Of a stretch of DNA of 64,000 bases, positions 36,603 through 50,478 are shown one piece after another (the first letter of the stretch is position 1; every line of letters begins with the position of its first letter). Under the pieces are notes generated by a model that did no database searches, was not told where the DNA came from, and saw only the letters and a list, made by a program, of their open reading frames with translations. This DNA is from Glaucostegus cemiculus (taxonomy: Eukaryota), in the NCBI GenBank assembly GCA_976551045.1, contig CDPCPM010000021.1, positions 1,736,001 through 1,800,000 on the forward strand, written 5' to 3'. The position numbers were made by a program, and so were the translations under genes.

Positions 36603-38414
36603 AAAAGCAGTTGCTGAGATTTAATTTAAGATTTACAATGGCCATTTGTTACAAAAAATGTATTTTGTTATGGAGCCGGATAAGCTGTGGTAACCAAGGA
36701 ACAGTATTATTATTTACAGGACTTGTTTTGGACCCTAACTGTTGTGACTCAGGCTCTCCCTTATTGTTTTCAGTCAGTTTGAAGCTAGCATTAGGCTTTG
36801 CTAGGCTGATATCATTGTTGGTCAACGCTATGTAAATAGGAATAGAAGCAATTGAATGGTTCTGCTGCATGGCTTGAAGAAGTAATGTTGTAATGTCATT
36901 TGAGCATGATGGAGGAATGTGACGGGATCTTTATCTTGAGGTACCTGCTCCTGATGACTATCCAATAAATCCTGCTAAATGATGCACGAGTGGATGTTGG
37001 GAAAGGTTTGGCACTATTTCCTTTAAGGCTGAGTTGGCCAAAAATGCTGATATTCTGCACACATAGAACGGCTTCTCGGAGTGAGTATTGCAAGGCCGAT
37101 TGTCAGCAGAGGTCCACACCTCACACTTCCGCAAACGGGGATCAAGAGACTGACAAAATGAATAACCTGTCAGCGGTTTCTGTGTGATTTCAATCTGTCA
37201 CTTATTTCCACAAATGTAATGATCTAGGAATGGGAAGTGGTACTTTAAGCACTGAAGATATGGAATATGCATTCCTTTCCAGCACCCCAGGGTAATAATA
37301 GAAGCACATGAGGGAATAGAAGGACATTTCAGTTCTACTGAAATAGCATACTTCTTCATATTTTGCCACTGAATGAATAATTTAGTGCAATATATTTCAA
37401 GTTCCTAACAAAATTGTTATTTAAAGCAAAGAAGGTGAAATCCATTGTCTTAATTGCAAGGTGTTAAGCTTATAAATTTAAATAGAGTCAGCACTTGAAG
37501 GAGAAACAAAGCACACAGTGATTACTGGAAGCAGTAAGGTGTGGTTTCTGTTTAAGGTAAAGACCTTGGTGTGTTGCAAAAGACAGTTCCTCCAGAGGTA
37601 TTTTTCACATTGGCATTTTGAAAGCTTAGTTTAGCCATGATTCTATGTAGATAGCTCCATAAAGAACTTACTTTGTTTGCACCCCTCTTTAAGTTGCCCA
37701 TCCTTTCAATAACGATTTATGTGTACTTATTTATTCACTGCAAAATAAATGACTGAACAGTGTAAAATACCTTCAGGCCAAAGATATGAATTGATCAGTG
37801 CAAAGACTGGCATAAGGAAAGGATGAGATCATTAGCTGACAAATTGTGGGAATAGGCCACTGAAGTAGAATGGATCCATATTATTTTAGGCCTAACTATT
37901 GGATCATACCAGCCCAAGTTCATGGTTTTATAAAGAGGGTTCTCACACAAATGCAGTGTCGACATTATAGTGTTGAACCAATGATGCATCTATCATCTCT
38001 CTGATTTATTCAAGCCCTCTGCAGGCCATTTAGCAGCTGTAAAATAGTCATCAAGTTGAGAGGGTCACTGGCTGGTAGAGACTATCTGGTAGAGAAGTTA
38101 ACTAAGACTTCCTTGCATGACGGTCCAATATATATTTAATGCCAACATTTTGGAAATTGTCAAAGTAAGCATCTCCATCCTAAAGTGGCTCACTGTGGCA
38201 TTAGTCCCATCTGCCTGCACTACTGCTTGATGGGGATATTAAAGATCCCAAGGCTCAATTTGAAGACCAAGGGCATTATTGCAGCAAACTGACACATTCC
38301 TTATTCAATGGGCACTTCTAAAACATGAAATTAATGCAGCATTATTTTAAGTGTTACTTCTGCCTTTCGACCATGCAAAAAGTGCATTTCTACAATTGCC
38401 TTCCGAACAGCCAT

Positions 38415-38605
38415 CACTAACAAGTGCCATACCATCCAATACCATACTGCACCATACCAGTGCCATTACCATCCTGCCCCACTAACAAGTGCCATACCAC
38501 CCAAAACCATCCTGTGCCCTACCAGTGCATACCATCCTGTCCACTAACAAATGCCATACCATCCAATGCAATTGCGTTGGTGGTATGGTATTTGTTAGTG
38601 GGCAG
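38415..38605. repeat. ~63-bp tandem repeat (about 2.5 units) ending in a near-perfect palindrome
   Basis: CACTAACAARTGCCATACCA starts at 38415, 38480 and 38542; 38572-38605 is the inverted copy of 38537-38571. Confidence 0.9.
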
Positions 38606-39489
38606 AGAGCACTGATTGGGATATCCAATCCATGGACAAGAGCATTCCCCCCAGGAATTCAGCAACACTGCACCTTGGAATACAATTATAATGGGGAAGG
38701 ACGAAAAATCGTTGTCTCTTATTCACATCGTCATGCTGATTTTTGAAATTTAGGGATGAAATTTCTAATTTCTCATGACTTGGTACAAATCCAGAAACAG
38801 CAATGTAAGTTGTGCCCTCTCAGATTCTGATATTCTTTCCACTAAAATGACTGGACAGAAAACCATAAGCCAGGAAGGGAATGTGGGCTCCAGGCATGTG
38901 TCGAGAATCCGCTCATCAGAATCTTTTGCCTTTGGACTATAAACTCTCCACTTGCAGCAAAATGCCAAAAAAAATCAGCATTACAGTTTGACTGTGGAAA
39001 TCTTTTCTGAATGCTTCTTGTTTAGATGGAAGTAACTGTACAGTAAACTGGTGCACTGACATTTCATTGCCATGCACATTGCGTAAGTGCAGTGGTTTGA
39101 CATCTTGTTTCTGCTAGCTTGGACTTGAGCATTTTTTTTAAGCAAGGCAGAGGCAGGCAGCCAACTAGTTACACAACAGAATTAGTGATGATCTCTCTCT
39201 TACAGACAGTGGAAATGTTCATCTATTGTACTTAAGCATACAGTAAGTATTCTACAAGAGAAAATGTGAGTCAGTACCTTTTCAAAACCTCACTTGCACG
39301 AATGTGCCCGTTTCCAAGCTAATCTGAATCACAAAGTTAGCGTGAACTCCCTTTGCTGACACCTCAAACACTTTGCTTGAAACGCGTGCTGCATTCATCC
39401 AACTTTAAAACCATTAACCTGTACCATTCAAATCATCCTTGTACTTCAAGTCTTAATTTTTCAGAAGAATCTTTAAAGCAAAGTCCCTT

Positions 39490-39750
39490 ATGCTCTCTCA
39501 GGTAGTTTTAAAAATCTCTGGCACTATTTTGAAAAGGACTAGCGCAGTTCTCTTTGTCCTTGTTAACATGCATTCCTCAGTCAACACCACTAAACAAACT
39601 GACTAGTTATCACATTGTTCTTTGTGGGATCTGTGGTGTATGCAATAGGGCTGCCACATTTCCTACATTACAACAGCGATTACACTTCAAAGGTAGCTGT
39701 AAAGCCGAGATCATTAAAGATGCAATGTAAATGGGAGCTTTTCTTTCATA
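39490..39750 (+). mobile_element. DeuSINE/SacSINE1-like SINE 3' half
   Basis: TATCACATTGTTCTTTGTGGGATCT...GCTGCCACATTTCCTACATTACAACAGCGATTACACTTCAAAG. Confidence 0.8.
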
Positions 39751-40024
39751 AAAGTGTGGCCTACTGTTTGCATCCTTTCAGATTAGGAAAGTGCTGCAGC
39801 CTCGATTATGTAACCTTTGGGGCCGCCCATTCCAGAGGTTATGGCAAGTTACAAGCCATAATTAGTGCCTTGTATCAAAGTCAAATGCGTGGAATCCAGA
39901 AGTAGGGCATCATTAACATAAAATGACTGTTGAATTCAAAGAGGAGTTTAGGAGAAATTTACTTACCCAGAGCACTTGGAATGTCGAACAATCTAATGCA
40001 GAAGGAATATAGCACGTTGCACAT

Positions 40025-40222
40025 TCTTCATTCAAAGATGTGCAGGTTGGTAGATAGACTGGCCACTGTAAATTGCACCTAGAGTGTAGGTGAGTGGTGG
40101 AGTTTCAGAGGAGTTGATGGAAATATGGGGAGAATGAATTAGGATTGGTGTACGGTTAGTGTGAATGGGTGCTTGATGGTCAGCATGGACTGGATGGGCT
40201 GCAAGGCCAGTTTCCATGCTCT
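40025..40222 (+). mobile_element. V-SINE/HE1-like SINE 3' half
   Basis: CAAAGATGTGCAGGTTGGTAG..TGGCCACTGTAAATTGC...GATGGGCTGCAAGGCCAGTTTCCATGCT; similar to 42130-42470. Confidence 0.75.
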
Positions 40223-41311
40223 AGGGGACTGCGTGGGAATTAATAGTAATGTAGATGACTAAGGCTGTCTCTGATTCATCTATGCAAAGTCACATCACAA
40301 TCAAAGAGGCTAGAGCTTATCAGCCTGATACCAGACCTAACGATTTGTTCAAAATTGGATACTAAGACAAAGTGGCATCACAAATCATCCACTGCCTTCG
40401 GGTTCTCAGTACAAGAGTGACTCACAAATGCATTGTCCTACACAACAGGCAAAATGATCCAAAAAGCAAGGATGCATTAAGCAAAAGATTTAAAGATATT
40501 TGTTTACAGCATGTTAGGTCAGTGTACATAAGCTAACATTGAAGTCAGTATTTTAAGTGTTAGGCTATAGTTAAAATTATATTTGGGATTTCTATTCATA
40601 CTGAACATATCGTAGAATCAAAGTTTCTCCTGCCACCCAGCAAGTATTAAATAGGTCATTTTAATCTGCTTCTGCTGTGCATTCATGCCAGAGTTTTATC
40701 AGGGCATTGGGCTAGAAACACTCTCATATGGTGCAGTCAAGCTGAAAGAGGCTTTTCCACCTGAAGGGAGAAGAGCAAAAAAAATAATAAATGCATACGC
40801 CTTTTGAAATATGGGGTGGCATAGAAATATGCCAGCCTTGCACTGATACCATTGCTAACCCTTCTCAGAAAGTGCAATGAATTCTGTAAAATGGAAGAGA
40901 AGGGACAGAACTCATTTGTTGGAACAAAATTAGCACACAAATGATGAATTTTTAAACACGATGCAAAAGGTATTAAATTTAACTCACAAGCTGTTTTGAG
41001 GGGTGGTATGAGCTTTAGCCATTTGGTGGAGGAAGATGGTGGCAGACAAATCTTCTCGGACATCATATGTACACCCTGCTATGTAGATTAAGCAGCAGCA
41101 CTGACTTGCTTCTATCTAGTGGCTCTGGGCAGAATTGCCCCATTCTCCTGACCGGGAATCAAGGACCGGCATTCTCAACCCTGAGGAAAAGCTTGTCTGA
41201 ATCAGTCCAGATGGCTTTTCTTAGATAACAGTACAGGAGATATTAATCAACTGGTATTGTTTATGAGTTTTGGGTTTTATTATTGTAGAACTGAGGAAGG
41301 AAAAGGAATTT

Positions 41312-41563
41312 GGGGCGGCACGATAGCGTCATGGTTAGCACAAGGCTGTTACAGCGCCAGCGGTTGGGGTTCGATTCCCGTCACTGACCGTAAGGAGTTT
41401 GTACATTCTCCCGTGTCTGCGTGGGTTTCCTCCGGGTGCTCCGGTTTCCTCCCACATTCTAAAGACATACGGGTAGGTTAATTTGGGGTTTAAAATGGGC
41501 GGCGCGGACTCGTTGGGCCGAAAGGGCCTGTTACCACACTGTAAATATATTTATTTATTTATT
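41312..41563 (+). mobile_element. Young full-length tRNA-derived V-SINE/HE1-like SINE
   Basis: GGGGCGGCACGATAGCG head, B box GGTTCGATTCC, V core GTGGGTTTCCTCCGGGTGCTCCGGTTTCCTCCCACA, many CpGs retained, (TTTA)n end. Confidence 0.92.
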
Positions 41564-42129
41564 TTATAATAATTAATCATCTTTGACATCACTCGATGAC
41601 TTAATCCTTGCTGCTGATGTCTTCAGAGTAGAATTTAGATTGTCGAATGGAAAATTAACAACAATATTATTTAAACAAAAAGTTATTTTTAAAGTATTTT
41701 AAATTCTCATTTGGCTGTCAGGAGGGCACTGAATGTTTCTTGTTTTTGAAGAAGTGAACTTCCTACTTGACAACCCAATTTCTTTGTGTGAATGCTACAT
41801 AGAGTTTACAGCAGAGAAATAGGCTGAGGGGCCCGTGTGCTGGTCCTTATCTACAGAAGCCTCTTCTGCCTTTATTCTCACTTTCTCTAGATACCCTTCT
41901 CTGATGCTGATGTATTAGTTGCTGCATTATGCCTCCATGAGGTGTTTTCACATACTTTATCGGAAAGATACTGCTGTTGACCTTCCTTCCGATTATACTT
42001 GGGATCTATTTCCATTGATATTAGTCATAAAGAGAGCATTAACATGCAGCTAAAGTATTGAAGACCCAGCTACGTGGACTAAGTCAATTTGGTCCACTCT
42101 TGATGAACTTCTCTGCCAAAATGAAGTGC

Positions 42130-42470
42130 TAAGCCCTGGGCAAAACAGTAGAAGTCCTTCTGCAAAGCTCCAAAAACCCAGGTTCAGTCCTTATCTCTGG
42201 CATTGTCTGTGCCGAGTCTGTACATTCTTCGCTGACCACATGGGTTTCCCCCTCGGTGCTCTGGTTTCCTGCCACATGCCAAAGATGTGCAGCTTGGGAG
42301 GTTAATTGGCCACCATAAATAGCCACTAGTGTGTAGGCATGCGGTCGAATCTGGGGAGCATTGATGGGAATGTAGGGAGAATACGTTACAGGGAAAATTA
42401 GTGGGGAATGGCAGTGCTCAGTGAGTTGGCACAAACTCGATGGACTGAAGTGGCCTCCTGTGATGGAAGG
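42130..42470 (+). mobile_element. Older V-SINE/HE1-like SINE
   Basis: CCAGGTTCAGTCC B-box remnant; TGGGTTTCCCCCTCGGTGCTCTGGTTTCCTGCCACATGCCAAAGATGTG core. Confidence 0.8.
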
Positions 42471-42629
42471 AACTAAAGACCTGACCTCTTTTGATTCAAT
42501 ATCCTCGGAAGAGTTCTCTCCACCTGAAATGTCAAGAGCAAAAGAGTAATGGATGTATAAAACAAACGAAAATACTATTGTAATAATGAATAACTTGAAA
42601 TTAGAGAATTGTCTTTAATGTGCAACAGA

Positions 42630-43146
42630 TGTAACGGACTACTGAGACCAGTTCTGGGCATCAAACCTTAGGAAGGATATGTTATACTTTGCTGCATTAC
42701 CTCAGACATTTAACAGAATGATAGCTACACTCCCAAGAGTTGAACTATACAATTTCACAAACTATTTGCTGCAATTTAGAAGGCTGGGGAGGATTTGATG
42801 GAAGTTTTATTTTAAGATATGACTGGGAATTGTGATAGGGGACAGAGAGAAACCATTCCTGCTGGCTGGGATATTTAGGGCTTGGGCAAATGTTTATTAA
42901 TTGGAGGCCGTCTTTCAGGAGTGAAGGGACTGCCACATAGAGGGTGAGAGAGGTTTAGAAATTGCTTCTCTGGATGGCAATTGATGCCAGGCCATTTGCT
43001 AATTTTAACTTTGAGCTTTATAGATTTTCAATCAGGAATATGTAGACATGGTGAGCACATGGATTAAGTAACTGATTAGCCATGGTCTTATTAAATCGTT
43101 GAACAGGTCTACTGGGCCAAATAATCTGCCAGGTTCTATGTTCCTT
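42630..43146 (+). mobile_element. CR1 LINE 3' part, diverged
   Basis: CAGTTCTGGGCATCAAACCTTAGGAAGGATAT (QFW...LRKD), GGATTTGATGGAAGTTTTA, and a CR1-type tail. Confidence 0.7.
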
Positions 43147-45434
43147 GTCATAGCATGGAGGGGTGAAATCAATGTTATTTAACATTTCTTGGGATTGACC
43201 TCAAGGTTAATATGTAGATAAAGCAAAGTTATAGCTCTGGATATGCCTACACAATAGTATTTCAGCGGGGGGGTGGGGTTTACCATTTTCTGGAAGGTAA
43301 TCTATGCTGTGAGCTGGTATGAGTATCCACTTTTCTGGCTGAAAGAAGTTTTGAACAGCTTTAAACCAGCATCCCATCCCTGCAGTGGGCACAACCCTGA
43401 GACTTGGCACAACTGGCACGAATTGTGTGCTTTCACCATGCCCATAAGGGCAGTCAACGTGAGACATGGAACAGCAATTCATTCCTGTAATGTCGTGTAG
43501 CAACTTTGGGAGGTTGAGATTTAGCCACACTGTCGGGGATAGGGAGGGTCAGGAGAACCTCTGCATTGTAAGTAATCAATACATCATTACAGTGTCCATC
43601 TATAAAGGAAAGCTCTCTCATTTTGCCAGCTTGTCGAAGTTGACATTTTAAGTACTTGTACATAGATAAATTTGTAATTGTAATCATAAACCAGTAAGCG
43701 CGCAATCAAAATGGTGATACAAATCACTCAAAAATCACTGGTGACAAATGCAATTATCGACTCTTCTGTGATTTTGAAGCCTGCCCTCATCTTGCATTGC
43801 CTTGATGTCACACAGAAGATTACAAGTCAAAGGTGCACCCAGTGCAAGAGATGATGGTAGCAAAGTTCATGTTTTACAGTGAAGATAATGATAGGGACTT
43901 TGATGCCTCTTCCTCCTCTTCCCCTTGGTAAATATGAAGGCTGGGACTGTGTTACTTCACAGTAGAGGCTGAAAGCATATCACGATCTAAGTCGATGTGA
44001 TGGTTCTCTTTATGATGATTAGAAAAGAAACATCCAGAGAATTTCAAAAGCAACATGGAAGATTTAACTTAATGAACCAAAAAACCTTTATAATGAGTAT
44101 GATTATAGTTTTATTGTGCAGAATATCTTTATTTATCAGATCTTCCCAGATTTTTGAAAAATATCATTGTCACAACACATGACAATTTCTCGCAGTCTTT
44201 TCTGTTGAAACAAACTGAATAACAGGAAAAGCAATTTTGGAAGAGGAATCATCGTCACCAGAATGAAGTACAGCATCATGATTTTAGATTTGCACTTCTT
44301 GGTAGCCTGCTTTTCATCTGTGAGAAAGTCAGCATTATATTCCAAAGAAAATATTGTGACTCACACAAGGTTGGATGGTTGTATCATTTAACATTTCAGT
44401 GATGCTCAATTAGTAGGTCCAATTGCTGCCTCGCTCTTCAGTTTGAGTTTGTTCCAGTTTCATCATGCAGCTTGACAGGTTTAATTTCAATACAGATTTC
44501 CATGTTCAGACATTGAGCATACTCTGCAACATCTTACAGTTGCAATTAGTCTAATCTCACAGATCAAAGGAAGCAGACTGCTGCAAAGCGAGAAAGCCTA
44601 GGGTGCAATTAATGATGGGCAGCTAATCCACTTGAGAAATTACTCCAGTCAGAAACTAATTCTTTGTACTTTGAAGTCATGTTCCTTTGCAAAATTGGTC
44701 AGCACACCTCTTTTTAGTCCATTAAAGTGTTTCAGTGCCATTCCCTGAGAATCAATTGGGTGATTTCTACCACTTAAAGAATATTGATGAACATTTTCTT
44801 CACATTTACTCAGTGTTGAACAAGCCATTGTAAGGATGGTTAATATACAGGGTCTTTACAGGCATTATTCTTCCAGTTCAATGCGTTAACTCTTGGTATA
44901 ATTTTTCTCAGTCATTTTATATCTGTTTATTTTCACTTGCTTAATTTCCAAAATAACTTTTTGATAGGAGTGGAAGGCACAAAAAGAAAATGGTCGGCCT
45001 AAAAGTTAGCTCTGCTCCTTCTAGTATATTATTTTGATTCATAGTGGAGAAGACAGACATAATTACTTTGAAAATCAACAATTGAACCATATTGACCCAT
45101 CTCACAGATATGAGGCTGAACAGTCCCACTCTTAATTTGTTTCCTATGATCTGGTTACATTCCCTCCTCCCCCTGGCTCCCTACGTAAGACTTATATGGA
45201 GAAATTTCACTGAGGATCAACAGATGTATCATTATAATGCACTGTGTGATTACATTCAGTTACCATTTACCTGCTAAAAACAAAAATCTTGCTGGTACAC
45301 AAGTCTTAAAAGTCTTAAGTTGCTGTATGCTAAGTACCTACAAAAATATCTAAGTTCCACTGTTTGATAGCATGCCCTAGTTTGCATTCAATACTTTCTG
45401 TGCGAATAGTTTCCCAGAAACTAGGGCACTTACA

Positions 45435-45590
45435 AAGTAACAGAATCTTGCAACATGGAAGTCAAGAATGACCAATCTAGTTCTCCACTCTAGCTCTAGA
45501 TTTTTTTTACTTCTTCCAAGTGCTTTGTAAATTTCCTTTCAAAAGTTACCATTGAACCTGCATCCGTCACCCTGCGTGGGAACAATTTTC
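45435..45590 (-). mobile_element. CR1-type 3' fragment, antisense
   Basis: TTCCTTTCAAAAGTTACCATTGAACCTGCATCCGTCACCCTG resembles the antisense CR1 3' end. Confidence 0.5.
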
Positions 45591-46739
45591 ACTAATGCAC
45601 ATTCCTTGCAAACAAGAGGAAGGTCTGAAATGAAAGACAAGGTAGGGCCAGGTTTACTTTTAATATCGGTTGGGACCGAGCATCACTGCTCCTAGTGAAT
45701 ATCAAAATCCTTTTGTCATTTGGGTTTCTCTTGAAGCTCACCAACTCCCCACATGGAAATCAGCTCATCTTAAAGCAGCTCTTTATGATCCACCTATGCA
45801 GACCATATACAAGAGCTTTCTACAGCCTTGTAACATAATTCAAACATTACTGAAGCCCATTACAAGTCAGTGGTGAGCTCCCTTTAGACCATTGTAGCTC
45901 AGCAAAGCCTCTTGCTATCACACTAAATTGTTTAATAGCATCACAGCAGGATTATCGACAACAGGGATGGGCACAGAATAGCGGCTTGTTCAGCTTCATT
46001 TAATGGAGTTTGCCTTCCTGTTAATGGATCTTGTACAGCATTTGATGAACTGAATATAGTTGCTGATAACTAACAGATGGATCCCAACGACGAGACCTCA
46101 TTGCAAACTTAACTCGTTAATATTTAAGTAGGGTGAAGCTAACTGCAAATACTAAGTGCTTTCTATTCCTAATTTTAAACATTCCAAAGAGATCCCTTCT
46201 AGCTTCCAAAAGGTTTGTGTGTTATCGACTTGCTGAAACTTGAAAGGATTCATGAGGTCTGAAGTAATACGAGATGTTCTGCAGGAGATGGGTGTATAAT
46301 CTTTGAATGGTGACTGGGCAACTGGAGCATCTGACCAAGGAAAGAGTCACCTAACTGGTTTAGAAGGAAAATCACCAGCTGTGAAATACCACAAGAGGGG
46401 AAAGAGATCAATTTTTCCAATTTACCCTTCATGGACGGTTACTTTATTTGAATTGGCCACATTCAAATAGTTTCTACATTACAGAATCAGAGCTTCATGA
46501 GTGAAGTCTTGTGATGTGTGCATTAAAAGGCTGCCACATTGGTGGGTGTGGTTCCATAAAGATCTCTCAGCTCTTTGAAGGAGATATATTATAGGCTGCA
46601 TAGTTCCATTTAATGTTTTGCCGTAATGGAGTCAGATCAGTATACAACCTACTATAATTAGCTCGTTATGTAAAATCTATTCACTGGATTTGTGACGAAG
46701 ACTCCCCTTGCTAACAGTTCTTGTTAGGAATTGGACATG

Positions 46740-46900
46740 GACTTTCAGAATGGAATCAGCCAATCTTGGCTGAGTTGGCAAGAGGACATCAGCAATCGGC
46801 CTCAGTCTCTTGCTGGGATGTGATACCTCCCAAGGTGTAATTGCTCATACTCACTGTTTAAACAGACCCACAAAGAACAGATCACATGGAACCAAAGCAG
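46740..46900 (+). mobile_element. Possible LF-SINE-like ancient SINE fragment
   Basis: GCTGAGTTGGC...CAATCGGCCTCAGT...TGTGATACCTCCC...ACTCACTGTTTA resembles recalled LF-SINE-like blocks; weak. Confidence 0.35.
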
Positions 46901-48639
46901 GGATCATGGACTCTGGGAGGGGGTTAGGGATTAAGTAGGATGTGTTGTCAGGTGGGGTGGTGGTGGCAGGGTCGGTTGTGAAGGTGGAAGATCAAGGGCA
47001 AATTGCACATCGAGGCACAAGGCAAATAACTAATTAATACCGTTCAGTGATGTCACCGAACATACAATTCTCAAAGTATCCATTCAGAGATTTTAAAGAT
47101 CTGCTCCCAGATAAAAATTCCAAATCCCAAGTTAGACCCAGGATGAACAAGAGATAGTGCCAAAGCACGTGAACTTCGACTTAACTGTGCAAGGAACATA
47201 AAACAATTAGATTTCTCTGCGCATTGATTTCAGTCAACATCGATGATAAATCAGATTTTAGTTTCATTGTCAGAAATGAGGGAATAGAAAAGCCTGAGAT
47301 AACCATCAGTTGGGGCTAACTGACCTCACATCTGTACTGCTGGCAGATGTTTAGCACATTGATATTTTTTTTCTGCAGCATTACAGTAAGTGTGCAGCTG
47401 CCTGGGAACATTGCATTTCTTTGCTTGCAGTAGCAAAATGTTCCCACCTCAATCAGAGCATTAGCAAAGCTGCTTGATTCTGGGTAGAGGGTTTAAAAAT
47501 AATCACTCTGCAGAATGGAACATATTAACTCAAACGACCCTCCTGGCAGTGGGACTGTATAATCCTTAAAATAGCACAACCACATTGAGACGTACAATCC
47601 TGGCTTTCTTGAGTGTGGGTGGAATGTGTCTTGTTAATGCTGCTTCAGATTCCTTTTACATGGGATGTTCTCATGGAAATACATCAGTCAAGCTGCTCCC
47701 AGAGGAACATGGCATTGAATGAATCATTTTTAAAAAAATTAAATGTTTTTAATTTTCAAAGTGTCAACACTTAACATTAGGCCAGAGCCAAGAGTTCTAA
47801 AGGAGAGATTTGACTCCTAACCAGAAAGTTCCAATCTCCAAGTGCTGGCCTGGATGATGGTTGAATTCTTTCTTTGTCCCTGGGTAGATTTTCCTTGTTC
47901 TTTTCCAGACAAAGATGTGGAGAAGGAGGACAGTGGGCAGAACCACCTGTTCTTTACAGCAGCTCATTGCTCTGTAACTTCTTCCCACAGCTTTGCTACT
48001 GGCTGTTACCAGAGAGGGCCATGCTGAAGGCTCTTCAGTGCAGAAGGGGAAAATGGAAGGAATGAAATGACTTCAGGAAAGGACGCTAATCATTTTAACT
48101 AGTTGGTCTGGAAGATGTAAAAAGAAAACAAATGCTAATCCTGTTGTAGTTTCTGCGGCTGTAGCTGTGATCGAGGATTAACTGTAGAAATATCCTAAGC
48201 TCTTAATAATTAAAAAGCAAAAGAGATCACGTTGATCCCTACAGGAACATAGATGCAATCAGGGATAGAAGCAAAGATGATTTTTTTTTCCCTCCCTGGG
48301 TATAAATCTCAGAGCAGCAAATTAAGGGCAGAATATCTGAGCTGTGCCACACCGCACGATCCGGGGGAGATGCTCCATTTCACACACTTGCCCTCCAGAC
48401 GGACTGGTTTAGACAGTTGCTTCAATTTGGCACAGGTCGCTAGCCATTGCCATGACAGCTGACTTTAGCAGTTCAAGGACCCTGTGGATATCATGATAAA
48501 CACAAACTGCTCCCAGATTCACTTCTGTCACTTCCAGTTTGATATCAGATTTCGGGCAAGGATGGCTAGGGAGGGGAGGGGAGGGAATGAGGTGGTTGGT
48601 GATTGGAGGAAGAGTATGTGCAGTACAAGAATTTACCTG

Positions 48640-48838
48640 AGCATTTGTTTCTGCTCAGTTGCTGAGTACATTTGAGATAGGAATCGATACAGTTCTGGTA
48701 ATTCAGGGAATCCAGGGATATTAGAGCTGGTGCTGGAAAGTGGCGTTGGGATCAATCATCAGACATGACTTTATTCAATGGCAGAGCAGGGGCAAGGGAC
48801 TGAGTGGTCCTACCCTGCTCCTATTTCTTGAGTTCTTG
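48640..48838 (+). mobile_element. CR1 3' tail
   Basis: GGAATCGATACAGTTCTGG..AGGGAATCCAGGGATA...AATGGCAGAGCAGGGGCAAGGGACTGAGTGGTCCTACCCTGCTCCTATTTCTTG. Confidence 0.75.
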
Positions 48839-50478
48839 GCTCTGCAATTCTTATTAGAGAAATATTGGAAGATTGGAGCTCTTTTGAGCTGTTTTTAGAG
48901 TTCATGATTTCTATGCAGCAAGGAACAAGGAAGTTCTTGGACTTTTAAGGGAAATTGTATTTCAGTTTTAGTGAGAGCAATGATTTTAATTTTGCATTGC
49001 ATGTGTTTTTGTAATACCTGTTTCTCTACTTATTAATTTCAAACCGTATAAGACTGTATATTTCTATAGATCAATCCCTTTCTAAAAAAACAAGTCTCAA
49101 TCTCTGACTGCTTGTAAACAGGACACATATATGTACTCACAAAATATAAATCTGTTGTGCCTTTACATCATATTTGATCCAAGCACGCTGGTTTCTTGTA
49201 AATATTATATATATAAAACAATAAAATCAAAGACTTAAAGATGCATTAGTATTCACACTTGATAACCACCGTTAAATACACTCAGGTTTCTCTATACCAT
49301 TGATCGTACGTATACTTTAGTTATAGGGTTCCTTGTTTTTCAAACTTAAAACACAGTCCTTCTCTATTCAATCATCAGAAGAAATCTGCATAATAATCAA
49401 AATGCAACTTCCGAATATACTCACTCAGGGACTATCATATACCCACTTCTACCACTCATTGGCCATCAGATTCATTTCATACCGCCAAAGATGATGCATA
49501 ATTATTAATAATTAGCATGATGCAGCATCTTTCCTCAGCCTTTGATGCGGTGCGGGTTTTCCAATTATCTGGTCTCTAAGCAAATGTCTGAAGGTCAGTT
49601 GAGCTGATTGAAATAAGGACTGAAACTTGAGCTGCCACAGAACTCACAGCTGACGGCACACACAGGAAGAGTTCAGTGTGAGCTGCGGTGGTGAGCAAGA
49701 ATCATCAGCTCTGCTGCAAATGATTCCACTAAAGGAAAAGCTTCAGTTGGCTGCAATTTAAATGCACAACTTTTAGCCTCCTCACAGGTGTGATCTGAAG
49801 GCTACTCTGTAAGACTCAGACGAGAAAGTTTTTGCCACCTGAGGGCTACAAGATGAACACTGTTCACCTGAGGTGGTTTGCAAAAGGTTTAATTTGCTAT
49901 TAGAAAAAAAACATGTCCGTTGGAGCGCAGTGTCTGCAGTTTCCAATTCTGTCATATGCCTGAGGAAAGAAGTCTCCACCCAGTAAAAGGGCTTTCACTG
50001 TAACTAGCTTTGCCCATGAACCTGGCTCACAGTTATTCTGTAATAGTTTAGCACAGCTTTGGTTGACCCAGTATTTGGAGCCATCTGTGACTGGGTGCTA
50101 TTCCAGTTTCCATCACATTTGCTTCTCCCTCCAACTGCTCGGACAGCACCTTATTTTCCTCCTCTTGGTTACTTGGAGCAGTGTCCAGGTAGATTAGTCT
50201 TAAAAATTGGCAGGCTCCCGGTTAATGCTAAAGAGTCAGCAACCTCGCGATACCTTCCGCTGCTCTCAGCATTCATAACGTAAATCTCTAAAATGATTTT
50301 CAAATGTGTTATTGAGATGGGTGGAAATCTGAAACAGCGACAAAAGAAGTTCCCAGGCAGAAAGGAAGAGTTGAGCACATATCTGCAGAAGGGAAAAGAC
50401 TGGTGTGGAGTGGAAAATGGCTGGTGTGCTGGAGATTTCATTTTACTTGCACTGCAGTTTCTTTTCTTATCTCCATAG

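Noticed and set aside
41312-41385. tRNA-like A/B boxes (also near 59660-59728 on the - strand)
   Set aside because: These are SINE heads running directly into the V-SINE body; no complete cloverleaf is present.
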